From assembly GCA_002189035.1 (NCBI GenBank), contig CM007989.1, forward strand, positions 2,976,001-3,040,000: 64,000 bases of DNA, given 5' to 3'. The stretch comes from Utricularia gibba (taxonomy: Eukaryota > Plantae > Magnoliophyta). Made by a program: the position numbers and the translations under genes. This document shows, in pieces, positions 1 to 12,376 of the stretch (within the stretch, counting starts at the first letter, position 1; every line of letters starts with the position of its first letter). The notes under the pieces are model-generated. The model saw only the letters and a list, made by a program, of their open reading frames with translations. It was not told the DNA's origin and made no database searches.

Positions 1-1079
1 TAATCAACAAAGAGGAAGCAATATTTGCCTTCTAAAAGAGATGCATTGGAGTTGTGCCTGACTTAAGCAGTGGAGCTTCAAATAAACGCTGCGATGGACA
101 TTTACCTTGAAAGGGAGTACCTATTGTAATCCACTTATTCACGTACTTGGAGAAAAGCTGCAGTTCCAAAGTTAACATGAATCAGCATATACATCCTCCT
201 GCTAACTAAAAAGAACGATCAAGAATACATACATCACTGTACAGTGAAATGAAGCATGAGACTAGCAATCCACCCATTGAATGAGAGATTATGTTCACTT
301 TCCTCCCCCTGAAGATTTAAATGCAGTCTCTAACTTGTTCTTCAGGCCATTAAGCGATCTATCACATCTGAAAAAATGCAGGAATGGTCCATGAACATAT
401 TATTAGCCCCTACTAGAAGCATAAAATCACTTGGCATCTAGCCAGCCATCCATATCCTTGAAGGTAAGTACCTAATACTCTGGCGGAAGTCATATCCATA
501 ACCAAATAATGTGGTTCCTTTCTCATAGCCACATCCAACAAGCATGTCAATCATATCATGAAAATGGTAAAGACTAGTCAGATGCAGAAGCTTTACCCAC
601 TGGGACATCATGAGAAACAACATTAGTATCAGTAGCATGTACAGTTTAGATAGCTGATTAGGAAAAAACAGGGTAATCGCATATCTAACCAAAGAAGGGT
701 CCAAAATATCAATTGCATACAACCCATAATCATCATCAGGCACTACAATCTCAGTGCTATCGTCCAATGGTTCAGTGTAACCTGCATAACCCACAATGCC
801 AAGAACACGGGTTCACATTGATCATGAAAAGATAAGAGGAAAAATGCTCATACCCGTTTCAGGATTGTAGATTGACCATAGCTTCTTCCTGAACTCGCGA
901 TCAGCAAGCAGAATCCGGACCCAAACCCGCGTCAGGGATCCAGACTTCTTCTTCTTGGAATTAAGAATGGACCCACAAGCACCAGAGATCAATAGAACCG
1001 GGTCCCTGTCTGCGGTGGGTTCGTCTTGCTCGTACGAGCAGCGCGAGTTGTAGAAGCAGCAGCAGTAGTCCTTGAGCAT
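1..1079 (-). CDS. LCAT3: Phospholipase A1 / LCAT-like 3 (5' part; gene runs off the left edge; apparent -1 frameshift at 305-309)
   Basis: Spliced exons read MLKDYCCCF..DRDPVLLISGACGSILNSKKKKSGSLTRVWVRILLAD..YNPETG/YTEPLDD..YAIDILDPS../GTTLFGYGYDFRQS../GRKVNIISHSMGGLL../KWITIGTPFQG. These match plant LCAT3 motifs including the lipase SHSMGG nucleophile; introns are GT-AG. Confidence 0.92.
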
Positions 1080-1752
1080 GGCCGCCGCGTGGGAAAGAGC
1101 TCTTGTTTTTCCTTCTTTCGAGGGTTCAATTCAATTGGTGAATAAAAGTATAGCTGCAAGCCTGCAACTGCACGTGTAAGATTACAGATATAGTGTGGCG
1201 TTCATTCAGCATCAAAAACTGATTTTTTTTTCGAGGAATAAAAAAAACTGAAGCTTGAGCTCCACTCCCGTAAAGGAAGACAAGGTGATGATTTTCTGCT
1301 CTGTGAAATCTGAACGGGGTTTCATGGAATGAAAGCATATTCTTATTATGCGGATACGAGATTCCAAGAAACTTTTATATAAACAGACTTTTGGGCTTCG
1401 TCCCCAGTACCCACCCCACAGGAACGAAGAGACGTTTCAGACCGTTACCTTGAAAAAGGTGAAAGCTTTTTGATTGCTAGTAGACAGTTGATGGTAAAGC
1501 AATAGAGCTACAGTTGCCATGAAAACACACACATACACACTAAAAATGCATTCTTTCGCTGCTCAATGATCTGATGAACTGTACAAAATACATACAAGAT
1601 CACGTCTCCAAATCACCCCAACATACGGAGTACGATGGGATGCCCATCGGAGGGTGGGTTGGTTCCAGATTCATCTCCGAAAAATCTAATATGCCTTCTG
1701 AGACTGGCAACGAAAGCAAGAACCAAGTATCTAAATGGATACATCTTGATCC

Positions 1753-3369
1753 CTACTTGGCATTGCCGCAACGCTGCAGCCGAGACCATGATGGAAGATG
1801 ATCCTTTGTTTGTGCAGCAGCGTCATGTTTAGATTCCGAGATACAATGTGGTTGCCCCTTTGAGTCGAGGAACAGGCACACAACTGCACAATCATCAATC
1901 TTTGCATTTGGATACTTGTATCTCCAAACCCTGATGGCTGAAGCGACAACCTTTCGAGCTGCAAGTGATCTTTTGGGGCAAGACTCCACAATCTTCACCA
2001 CTTGCTCATTCGAGAGGACATCCCAGATCTGAGAAATGGAGTGCAAAAAGAGTTGGGATGTTTTTCTCACTTTACCTTAGACATAACAGGGAATGAAGCA
2101 GAAGTCATGCATACCCCATCCGTTGCTAGGACCACGAATTTATCCCTGTTGCAAATATGCTTGCACAATATATCAGGCACAGAAATAACACCATAATCCT
2201 TGAGACAGAAATCTCCAAATGCACGGGTCATTGATAAGCCTGGAGACTCAGTTGTTGGCAACCACACCCGTTCAACTTCCGGCTCATTCTTGAGTGCAAA
2301 AACATGCCCATTGCATTTCATGATCCTCTCTTTCTCCACTGTCAGGCAACAGATAATCGAAGATGCTTCACATTTCTAGAAATCATCTAAAGATTTGGAA
2401 GCATATCAGGTTGAGATCCCTAGTCTTAAGATTATGGTTGGGGAGAAGAGTACCTGGAAGATTAGGTTTGAGATCCACTGTCAACTGGATTGCAGTAAGT
2501 GAACCATTTTCATTTCTGGTACCCAATACAGCCCTGGAGTCTCCAAGGTTTCCAATGATAAGGTTTTGACCCTACAAGAGATGGTAGTTAGAAATACATA
2601 GTTCTGTAAAATGAAGCACGACTGTGAGCCTCATGGTACCTGCTTCACGAGAACCACTGCTGTTGTTCCACTGCAGAAACAGTCGATGTTCGTGTACATT
2701 CTCAATTCCTTATCCATAGCTTTAAAAGCATTTACGAAAGACTCCCTCAATGTTAGAAACCACTCAGAAGGCTTTATACCTTCTCCGGCATCAACAAAAG
2801 GCCTGGCTTCAACATCAGATGAAGAAGTACCTTTGGTTGGATTTATCCGAATCTTAGAATGCATGGAATTAGCTTTTTCCCAGTGTTCATTCAGTTTATG
2901 AGGAAGAGAATCCCTGACGCATTTTGCAACTATATGACCATACGGCCCATGCCCATCAAAAACAGAACAGAGAACAGTTCCAGCTCTTGAACCAAAGTTC
3001 TGAACATTTCAAATGACAGAGAACAAGTCAAAAGGAGTAACTTGAATGCCATATACAAAGAAAGGCCCAAGCTTACAACCGCACTACCATGAACCTCTAG
3101 CAACTACAACAACCCTGTCGATTGCAAAGTCAAGTACAAGGGAGAGAGCTAACCTCCCAAACAATCATTGCATCTTGATTGATTCCTTTCTTGCCTTTCT
3201 GAGTATAGAGCGAGGCAATGTCATTGGAACCATTGAACATCATCCGCCCTGGAATCCTGTGTAACAATTCCTCCCTCCTGAAGTCATAGACTGAAGTCAG
3301 GGGATCCACTTTCCTTCTGCTGTCCCCCCTATTACTATATGTTTTTGGAGAATCTGGAATGGGATGCAT
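1753..3369 (-). CDS. Protein phosphatase 2C, clade E (PP2C33-like); start codon uncertain
   Basis: Motifs LHRIPGRM..SLYTQKGKKGINQDAMIVWE, VFDGHGPYGH, CSGTTAV, GNLGDSRAVLG, GLSMTRAFGDFCLKDYG, LATDG-WDVLSN, KIDDCAVVCLFL across GT-AG exons. First in-frame ATG at 3369. Confidence 0.9.
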
Positions 3370-3373
3370 CCCT

Positions 3374-3445
3374 TCAATGGACCAGCACAACTCTATCTTC
3401 AAGGCCCTGGCGATATTCAGGAGGCACTCCAGCACAGGAAGCCAT
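3374..3445 (-). promoter_or_regulatory. Out-of-frame 23-aa upstream ORF (MASCAGVPPEYRQGLEDRVVLVH*) ending 4 nt before the PP2C ATG
   Basis: ATG at 3445, TGA at 3376-3374; it lies downstream of a probable 5'UTR intron acceptor (aaatag|GTGG, about 3455). Confidence 0.45.
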
Positions 3446-4273
3446 TTATACCACCTATTTTCCGAGTTGGAATCCATCATACAAGGCACAGTAACAAACG
3501 TGGAAAATTACTTGGAATGAAAGCATCAAAATGCCATTCAGCGTCACAAATGAAATTATGGCATAACTGATGAACACTTCAGAATCATCGTTGATGAACA
3601 CACAACGATGGATCACATCATTTCTCCTAAACAGGCTTCTGTCCAACCTCCACAGCTCACCCCCAAAACTAAAAGCAAGTGAAAGAAAATACTTCTCATC
3701 CTTTTTAAGCAGGTGTTAAATACGCCACCCGTTGCTCAATCCATCAACAAAGACAAGACCCACAATATGGAATCAGAAAAAAATATCAACTCTAGAAACC
3801 CACTTCGCACTGCCCTCCTTGGCGGGGCTACTGATCATGCCTAATTATCGGCACCCAGAAGGTTAAGGCGCAAAAGAAGGGATCTTCCCAACTTCTTATC
3901 AAAACGCTCACGCTAATCATCGGGAAGGAGGACGATTAACTCAATCAGCACGGCTTCCTTGCATTTCTTTACTTTTTATTCATTCCCCGATATATTTCCA
4001 TCCACACCAAAATCTTCATCTTTTCCCTTTTTTTTTTTTTGAGTCCACTAGTATATAAATCTCAAATAGCATCTTCAACATCAGTCATCAGAAATGATTA
4101 CAGGCTTGCATGATTATGAAGTTTCGGGGGTGTACACCTCACAACTACGTGGAGATAATACTGATCTTCCCTCAACCGCATAAAAGTTCTTCTGGTAAAC
4201 GTCGTTCCAAAATTTCTCGAGCATTGAAGCCGCTGTTTCATAAAATCTTTGGCTGTCGGTTGATGGCTTAAGC

Positions 4274-5407
4274 CTACTGATGGATGTTGCTCATGTCGGC
4301 AGCTTCCTTGAGAGTGTCCTCGTCCACATGATCCCACCACTTGAAGAAAACGTCATCAACCACTAGCTGACAAGTTAAGCCCATGTTTCCTTCTTAAGGC
4401 CAAACAAGAAAATAAACTGGAACCCAATCCAAATAATATCTACGAACACATTGATACTCATGCAGACATGGACCAAGATTTAGGACCAAAGATGAGTTCA
4501 GCAATCGGAGCAAAAATTTGTGTGGTAGCCAACATATATGTGCAGCAGTACTAAAGTACATGCATGGAAATTCTATGTTCTACTTTTAATCTTTCCAAAA
4601 AAAGCATCCATGAAGAGAAAATGAAGCGCTCAAGCTCATATACCTGCAGTGACAACTCATGTTCGGAGTTGAACACAAAGATATTAAAAGCTTTGCGAAA
4701 TAGTTTCTCCGAGTCAATCTTCTCCATTAAATGTCCTAGCAGTAGAGAGGCCATCAGCAAACACGTAACTAACAATATGGTGTCTATCTAAAACACCATC
4801 GTGTAGTTATGCTTGCTCAGTTGAAAGCCTCATCAAAGATCACAAATTTCATTATAATCAAAGATAAAAAATTACATCTCTACAACAAATTTCCAATTTC
4901 TAAAAACTTAAAATTGTACTTGGTATCATGCCCAACCACCCTATTGTTCTCATAAACCAGAATGCATCTGTGGAGAGATGGAGAACAGAAAGGTCAGCTA
5001 AAGATCTCAACTTCAATCACATATGCTCAATCAGAACCCAATTAGGGCTAAAAAACATGAAAGGGGTAGCATCCAGTGCTCTAGACAAAGAGTTCTCTAG
5101 AATGATCTTCCACCCAGCTTTAAAAAAAACATCGATTTCCATCACATGTCCTCAGCACGAGTAACACACCAATCAAAGAAACAAACCGAAACATAATGAG
5201 GTATCTGAGAAATGGGAGAAGCACGACCTCGTCCTCGAACATCAGTCGCCACCGAACGGAGTCCATATCGGTATCACGGATACCATTAGCCATTGCTGAG
5301 AAGCCTGTGACGCGCCGGTGGAATAAGCTTCCGCAGTGTAACGGAAAGATTTCTGAGAGGGTTTTTGAAGAGTTCACCGAACAAGCAGAAGCAATGGAGC
5401 AGTGCAA
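4274..5407 (-). pseudogene. IDI: Isopentenyl-diphosphate delta-isomerase pseudogene
   Basis: Exon relics DTDMDSVRWRLMFEDE / CILVYENNRVVGHDTKYN / HLMEKIDSEKLFRKAFNIFVFNSEHELSLQ / LVVDDVFFKWWDHVDEDTLKEAADMSNIHQ* match plant IDI. Lesions: out-of-phase donor, GT>TT donor, junction TGA, and missing central catalytic exons. Confidence 0.9.
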
Positions 5408-6012
5408 GTAGTACCAGAAGGATCTTAATCAAAATCGAAGTACCCAACGGAATGGTAAGAGATGATGAGTTGGAAGTTGGACGAGGCCGTGAAGTCCGAT
5501 TACTCTTTCATCATCAGGGAAGGAGATGACGGTCTAACCCCCACCTGATAGGCAACTTTCGGCGTCAACCGGGGACAATAATGTCATTTCACCGTACCAA
5601 CTAATCAGCATCAACTTCCAAATATCTCATCACCCATCTGCTGAGTCCCAGCTCCCCTGCGTCCGATTTGCAGCTGAATTGTTTGACGAATACTTCATGC
5701 TCTCTTTTTCTATGTAAGTTTTTTCATTTCAACCACTTTCCTCAAATTTCCTGAAATCACGAGCGTCTTGCTTTGATCATGATTTTTTTTCCCCAGCGTT
5801 TTATTACATGTGGGTGTTTGATCTGTTACTTTCCTTTTCATGGTGTCAATGTGTTCTTGAGAATTGAATATTGTACTTTGATTTTCCTTCTGAGTCTGAC
5901 ATTGATTGCGTTAGTTTCAGATTGTAGATCGCCGTAGTTTTCATTGCCACTGATTGCACCAGTGTTTTTTTTTTCTTTTAAGTTTTGTATAGGATTTTGT
6001 GTGGCAAGCTTC

Positions 6013-7169
6013 ATGGGTGATGGTCCTAGAGGAATACATATCATTCCTGACCATTTTTCTGAACCAGCTGAGGATTTGGCTACTTCAACTTCTGCTGCTG
6101 ATCCAATTCCAAGGCAACTATCTTTGGTTACAGTTTCGAGGGGCTCTTTGTTCGGATAATTTGACTTGGAAATATACTACATTTCCCGATAATGATTTTT
6201 GTTTATATTGTGATTTAGCTTAGGTCCAACAGCCATGGTTTGGCTAGAAAAAAGTTGAAAAATGCTGCTTATTCCTTGTTGGACATGCTTAGTTTAAGGG
6301 CGAGAACATTAAATGAACATTCTGAAGATAAGGTTCTATTAAGTGCTGAGGAACTGGAGTATCTGCGTTCAGAATTATCTGATCTTGATGCAAGAGTGAG
6401 TCACTGCAAAGCGCAGTAAGCCAAAAACCATTCTTCAGTTTGAAAATCTCGAGTCTTCCTGAGTGATCCTGTTGACCTTCTAGTTTGTTGAGCTCTGAAA
6501 TCTTCGCTTTTACAGGATAGAACAAGTTAATGAGTTACTGAGATCGGCTCGTTTAACAGGATATCTGTTTTTACGGATGGTAAGTACATTTTCCTTCTCA
6601 ATCTTCATGATCACCTTAGGTGGTTTTCTTCAGTATATACATGTGCTATTTACAGCGATGGGAAGCATTCCCAGGTGAACCCCCTGCCATTGATGATAAT
6701 GATGTCGATGACTGGCTTCTGCGCTTTGTCGTCCTTCATGGATCTTGCATATATCTATATACTAGTGCAACAGGTGAAAGGCTCAAACCTGATAGACGAC
6801 TATTAGTATTGTAATACTGCAGTCACTTGACCATGATTAGCTAACATGTTGATGCTTTGATTAGCTCATTCTTTTGTTAAGCAAGCTTCACTTTCCCATT
6901 GCAATCTGCATTGCTACTTGAAGGTTTAACCATTTTATGTGGATTTTTTTGTGGGAATGCACCATGTAGACTTGAGTCCACAGGATGCAACTCTGCTGTC
7001 TGACATTGTTGAAGTTGGGCATCTCCCTTCTCTAACGGTGAAAGATGAGGAGACTCAACATTGCTTCTACATCTCTACTCAATATGGCCTGCGATATGAG
7101 TGCTCAACCACGTCCAAGATACAGGTGGATTCTTGGATGGCAGCACTGAAGCAAGACTGCAAGCAGTAG
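6013..7169 (+). CDS. Pleckstrin-homology (PH) domain protein with an N-terminal coiled segment
   Basis: Spliced product ..LARKKLKNAAYSLLDMLSL..EELEYLRSELSDLDARVSHCKAQIEQVNELLRSARLTGYLFLRMRWEAFPGEPPAIDDNDVDDWLLRFVVLHGSCIY..DLSPQDATLLSDIVEVG..QVDSWMAAL, with the PH-type C-terminal helix Trp. The first donor is ambiguous. Confidence 0.8.
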
Positions 7170-7487
7170 TTTGGTAAATAAGTCGATTGCTTTGTCAACA
7201 TTTGAGCTATTTTTTCTTTCTGAAGATTGTGGCATTCAAGCAAGAGTGGCATACTTACTGTAAGCACCAGTCTGGTTTCTCAAAAACTGATAACTGATGT
7301 GTAACTCTCAGAACCTTGTTTCATTGAAATGATAAGACTCTCCACTTGGTATGGATATAAATCAATCCAAGATCATTGAGAGCTGTGCATATACGACATT
7401 TTCTGTCATCAATACATGAGATGATATTGAATGAAATGTGTCACTATATACAGCTAGTAGTCTAGCTGAAAAAATACCACTCTGCCT

Positions 7488-8982
7488 CTATTTTTTGTTG
7501 AACCCGAAGATGGACTTGATAGCATTGATGGCGTTTTCATTGATAAAAGATTCATCAAACTTCTTCAATAGAGGTTCGAATTCCTCGCTTTTCCTGATGT
7601 TCTCAAGGTCTGGATCAGTTCGAATTCTCTGTTAGATACAGACAACAGCAGTGGGAAGAGTTAGTTCATAAAATGATAGATCTGAGTAGGGAATCATCAT
7701 ATGGCTAACCTTAAAATCTTCAAAACCAGCCTTCATGGCATCCTCGAGGGCCGACAATCCGGCTTGCACCTGACCAAGCTTTGAATAGCAGCAAGCCACA
7801 TTGTAAGTTGCTATTGCAGCTTCATTCGCATCAGGTCTTGATCCTAAAACGGATTCAAACTTCTCCAGTGCTGCATCATACTTACCATTGCTTTAGCATT
7901 TGGAGAAGATGAAGAAAAATAGCTTAGTCAGTCACTGTATGAGAGTATGATCAAGTTTCAAATATGAGGCATCCATCGTACTTATAGAGCTTCAGTCCTT
8001 CCCTAAGTTCTTTTTCCCTCTGGATTTTCTGCTCCTTCTTTCGCTCTGCATTCTTCAACTGCATGAAACGAGACTTGTGAGGTTCATGAAACGTTAACAG
8101 ACACAAAAATTGGAGTGAAAAGTGTACTAACCTGAATTTCCCTCACTGTGTTACTGATAAACCCGGAGTTCCTCTCATTTCGAATGATTTCTTTCTCCGT
8201 CAGCTCGCCCGTCATGTCCACCGTTTTCCCTGATCGACAGTAGAATCACACAGTTCTTCGTAGTTCTGGAAATAACCTTCAGGGAACATAACTCATGCCT
8301 TAACTCACCATATCTCTTCTGCATTTTCATTAGCAATGGGCCAACTCTCTGCCGTATGGTGTACATGGTTCTTCCGTATTCAGCTGCAGGCCATATTTCC
8401 TCCCCAAAAACTGCACTGCAGTAAGCTAAGCTTTAATCACTCCTATCTAAACACAAAGCCAACACCATAACTGATTATCTGAGGCTCGAACTCATTCGAC
8501 AGTACCTGGTAGCAAGCACTTTATCCCCAACTGTGAACTTGCCACTCTTGTCAGCCGAGAAGCCCGGTGCAATTGCATCAATGTAAATTCCCCCATCTCT
8601 TCCCTTCGCGAACTTCAGACCGTACGGCTGAACCAGCTCCACCTCATACTCCTCATATGCTTCCTCTGAGGCCGGGGCCTGTGCCTCAGTCACAGAGGAC
8701 CTCGTGGTGAAAATGGATGGTCTCAGCAACTGGGCACTGCTGGGAGCTTTAGCAAGAAACAGTGTAGTTCTGGTATTGGAGCAACTGATCTTCCAACAGG
8801 GAGATGGGGTTTTGGCGCTAGTGTGAAGAACAGGATTCCCTCCAGCAGCTACAAGCTAACTCCACAGGAACAGAAATACATTGAGGTGACATGAAGTTGC
8901 CTGAAGCATAACAAACTAAAGAAACAACCTTGAAGTCCTCAGCAGCTAAACCTGGTGCTAGAACGGCAGAAGTTAACGCCAT
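7488..8982 (-). CDS. MET1: Chloroplast PDZ+TPR protein MET1/ZKT
   Basis: YEEYEVELVQPYGLKFAKGRDGGIYIDAI..GKFTVGDKVLATSAVFGEEIWPAAEYGRTMYTIRQRVGPLL..; TPR exon ..ASYNVACCYSKL..; C-terminus FINENAINAIKSIFGFNKK*. The start exon is inferred; a non-coding 5' exon lies near 9310-9390. Confidence 0.9.
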
Positions 8983-9869
8983 TATTCAATCCGCAACCCT
9001 GACACACGCAGACACACAAAAGGGAAAATCAGAAATAGAAAACAGAAGCCTCAAATCAATTTCAAGCGATTGAATATCTTCAGCTTACCTGGTTAACACA
9101 GATGCAGTCACCTTAGGTATCTACGACAACATCGTATACTCATTTAGTTCATTCTGAATACGAATCATGCCAAAACTAAAAAAAGTGCTTAACGAGTAAA
9201 TTTTTCGGAGCTCTGAAGAAACCCAGAACGGGTATGACCACAAGAACCAATTCGACAATCACAAGATTGCGACTTGATGGAAAATGTTCATTCCACAGAG
9301 CTACTCACCTGAAGAACCAACGGAAAGAGGCGAGGCACCGTACGGCTTGCTATCCAACGCCTGCAACTCCTTCGGTCGTTCGTTTATTGCAGGGGATAGC
9401 TTTATAGCGTTAAAAATCAATGGCCCATAAGCTTCCGCCTTCCAGAATCATATATTCCTGTGACTCTCAGCTGCCTCAAGTTTGTAATAAAATATTTCAG
9501 ACGATGTTTGACACTTTTGTCGTCATGTTTCATAGTAGTGTTTTCGTTTTTGCCTCATAATTCCTTACATGTTCCCAAACAACATAAATTTGCCGATGTT
9601 CAGGGCTTTATTTCCAAACTCTGTTTGTTTACAGACACAATGGTAAGGTCCCTTGATCGGGCGAAAAAAAAGGATCAAACTCAGCAGTTGGGATAAAAGA
9701 AGATGCTGCATAATTCCCATACAAGAAAACATATCTACATCAAAAGTACACTCAATATTCGACATCCGACTGAATCTTTACTCTCAGGATCAGGGTGGTG
9801 TTACCACTGGATGGAATGAGAATCCATACCTTGTTTCATCAAATTGAACATGTGGTCACTGTTAGCTAA

Positions 9870-11097
9870 TTACCTTCTGCGAGGGTCTCGCGGAGCAGGT
9901 TGTCTTCCAGAGTTCAACTTTCGGAAAGAGGCATGTAGAACTGTCACTGCGGAATGAGGAGAACATGAATTATATGTGCAGTGAAATGACAACCCAAGCG
10001 GGTGAGGATGACACTACAAGAGAATATTCACCTGCATAGCTCAGGCAAAGAGCACAGAACACAGCAAATTGAAGATTGGACATAAAAAGAACAACAGCAG
10101 TAACTGCAAGCAGAGAGTTGTAAGAATATTGCAGAGTGCATAGAAGCGATAATTGACGTAGTCTACCAGAGAACAAACAGGAAATATTTAATGAGAACTT
10201 AAGCCTATGGAGGGAAATGAATATTATAGAGAACGGAGACAGAATGCAAACTTCAAAATAAGTTGAATTATCTTCAAGGGCAGGGTGCTTCTCTCTTGAT
10301 ATGAAAAACAGGACGATGCGTGAACATTGTAACTCAATGTAGAAAGTAGCTCACCACATTGAGCAATTAGCATCAGGGTTTGTTTTATCACAGGATGTTT
10401 GTCCAGACCCCATTGATCGCTCCCGAATCTAAATGCATCCCAAATAGCCAAGCAAGAAACAAGGCCAAGCAGGGCAATTGGCATCTTGTACCTGGTATCC
10501 TAACAAATAAAGTTTAGACGCACCACAGCAGAAGCATAAGATAAAATGATTTATCAGAATAAAGCACAACCTAAGAAACAAGACACCTAAAGCTAATATC
10601 TTTATTAACGAATGAATGCCAAACCACCATTTACTCCACAAAAATGATAAAAAGCAATCCACTTACAAAGAACAGGCACAGAAGATCGCGAAGAGGGTGG
10701 CGTAATTGCGACAATAACACTTTACGTTCTCCTGAACACGCAAGCGAGCCTGAGAAGTTGACGCAGGAAACGAATACGATTCCAATGAACCCCAGAAGGC
10801 TCGAGTCCAAGGAGGAGCATCTACGGAGAAGTCCTGGGCACTGAGCTTCGACAATGGGTTGAAAGTGAAAAGCGAGAGGAGAATCCAAACGCTTGAGACG
10901 AGACGCGATATAATTTTTAACCCATTCAGGAGCAAAGAAGGGTTTCTGGGATCCCCGGTGGCTGTTGAGGATTTGTCGAGACGATGAAGGTCCGAGGTAC
11001 GCTGGTCTAGGATTTCGAGGTAGCCTGAATCTCGAATCCAAGACTCGAAAGCTGGTTCAGTTACGCTGAGGGACAACGGATTCGAGACGAAGACCAT
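9870..11097 (-). CDS. PRA1H: PRA1 family protein H (prenylated Rab acceptor)
   Basis: MVFVSNPLSLSVTEPAFESWIRDSGYLEILD..SYSFPASTSQARLRVQENVK..NYATLF..YKMPIALLGL..LHASFRKL; 4 exons, GT-AG. Confidence 0.92.
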
Positions 11098-11298
11098 CTG
11101 CTTCCGGTTGATTCGGCGGGGTTCTGCAGGGGAACCTGAAACCCCGAATTTTACTCCGGCCATCGCATTACTTCTTGATTTCCAGACTTCCAGTGAATCC
11201 CTAAATGCGATAGATCCTCAATATAATTTTCTCAAAATTCGTATAAATAGGCGACAGGAAATAATACGACAATTCCGCAAAAACAAAACAAAACCAAA

Positions 11299-11631
11299 AT
11301 GCCTTTTAACAGCGGACTAGTGGCGGCAACGGCGATTGTTTCGGCGGACATATGGCAGCGGTTGGCGTGTCAGCCGGAGCGATTCTCCGGCCACCAGCTT
11401 CTCGATCTGCTCATCTGCATCCCTCTTAGGCAGCTACGCCGCTTTCTCAACTATCTATGGATCTACCTCTGCGTTACTCCCTCTCGGCCCTATTACACCA
11501 CCAGCGACATCGACGATTCCGATGATGAAGATTCCATCGATACCGTTGTCAGATGCGGCGGCGCCTCCTCATCCTCTTCCAACGCGTATCACCGCAGCCG
11601 CGAAATCGCCTATTCTTCCCAATCGGATTAG
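11299..11631 (+). CDS. Small (110 aa) single-exon plant protein of unknown function
   Basis: ATG..TAG ORF MPFNSGLVAATAIVSADIWQRLAC..LLDLLICIPLRQLRRFLNYLWIYLC followed by an acidic/Ser tail. From memory it resembles the small unknown protein next to Arabidopsis PRA1.H (At4g27530-type). TATAAATA at about 11243. Confidence 0.7.
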   Translation: MPFNSGLVAATAIVSADIWQRLACQPERFSGHQLLDLLICIPLRQLRRFLNYLWIYLCVTPSRPYYTTSDIDDSDDEDSIDTVVRCGGASSSSSNAYHRSREIAYSSQSD

Positions 11632-12339
11632 GTATCTTTTTAGCCACAAAAACTGCGATGTCTGTGTAACTGTTACTGTTGATTAGTCTTTTGGATGCAA
11701 TTTTGGAAAGGATTCCACGAATCGTTTGGGTTGATTCCTGCCTTACCTTTCAGATTCCTTGAAACTAAAACTGAGACCGGAAGTGAAGTTCGTAGTGAAG
11801 CATCCAGCCATTTCTGAGCCCTGACTCGTCTCTGGGTTCGTAAAGTGATCATGTTCAGTTTCGTTTTGCCCTCAGGAGTGAGAGTTTCATCTTTCCTTCC
11901 AGCTTTCAGTTAGTCATGAGTGCGGAAGATTACTACGGGCACATGATCGCCCCTGCGCTTTCGACGGCGGAAGGTGCCGCGGAGCAGGCTCCGGATGACT
12001 GATGAATCGATCACGTGTGCTTTTTACCCTTCATGCTTCTCTTAGTTGCATGCCACGTTATTGATCAATCGCCTCTTTGGTCCTGATCATGCCCGCTCAA
12101 CTTAATTGCAATGGTTGCGATGTATTTCGAATTGGAATGTAATCATGATTATGTTACGATTAAGTGCTGTTTGGTGGTGCTAATTGCATTTGAGTTTCAA
12201 TGAACTCCAAAGCATTTGCAGGTTCCGGCGGTAAGTTGCTTAAATTTAGGGACGGTGCCCCTGCGGAGTGTTCGAGTGGTGGAAAGCGCTACACGTGGCA
12301 GCCAGTCATGAAGTTTCCTGACAAATAAAGGGTCATGAT

Positions 12340-12376
12340 CAGGCCCAGGCCCAGGCCCAGGGACAGGCCCGGCCCA
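12340..12376. repeat. Tandem (AGGCCC)n array giving clustered site II (GGCCCA) motifs
   Basis: caggcccaggcccaggcccagggacaggcccggccca read directly. Confidence 0.65.

Noticed and set aside
6108-6222. Possible GC donor (CAAG|GCAACT) for PH-gene intron 1
   Set aside because: A downstream GT (TCTTT|GTTCGG) also keeps the frame, so the sequence alone cannot decide.
11995-12090. C/D-box-like pair (TGATGA ... CTGA with a short ATGA/TCAT stem)
   Set aside because: No recognisable rRNA/snRNA antisense guide or internal D'/C' boxes; such motifs arise by chance. A snoscan or Infernal run would settle it.
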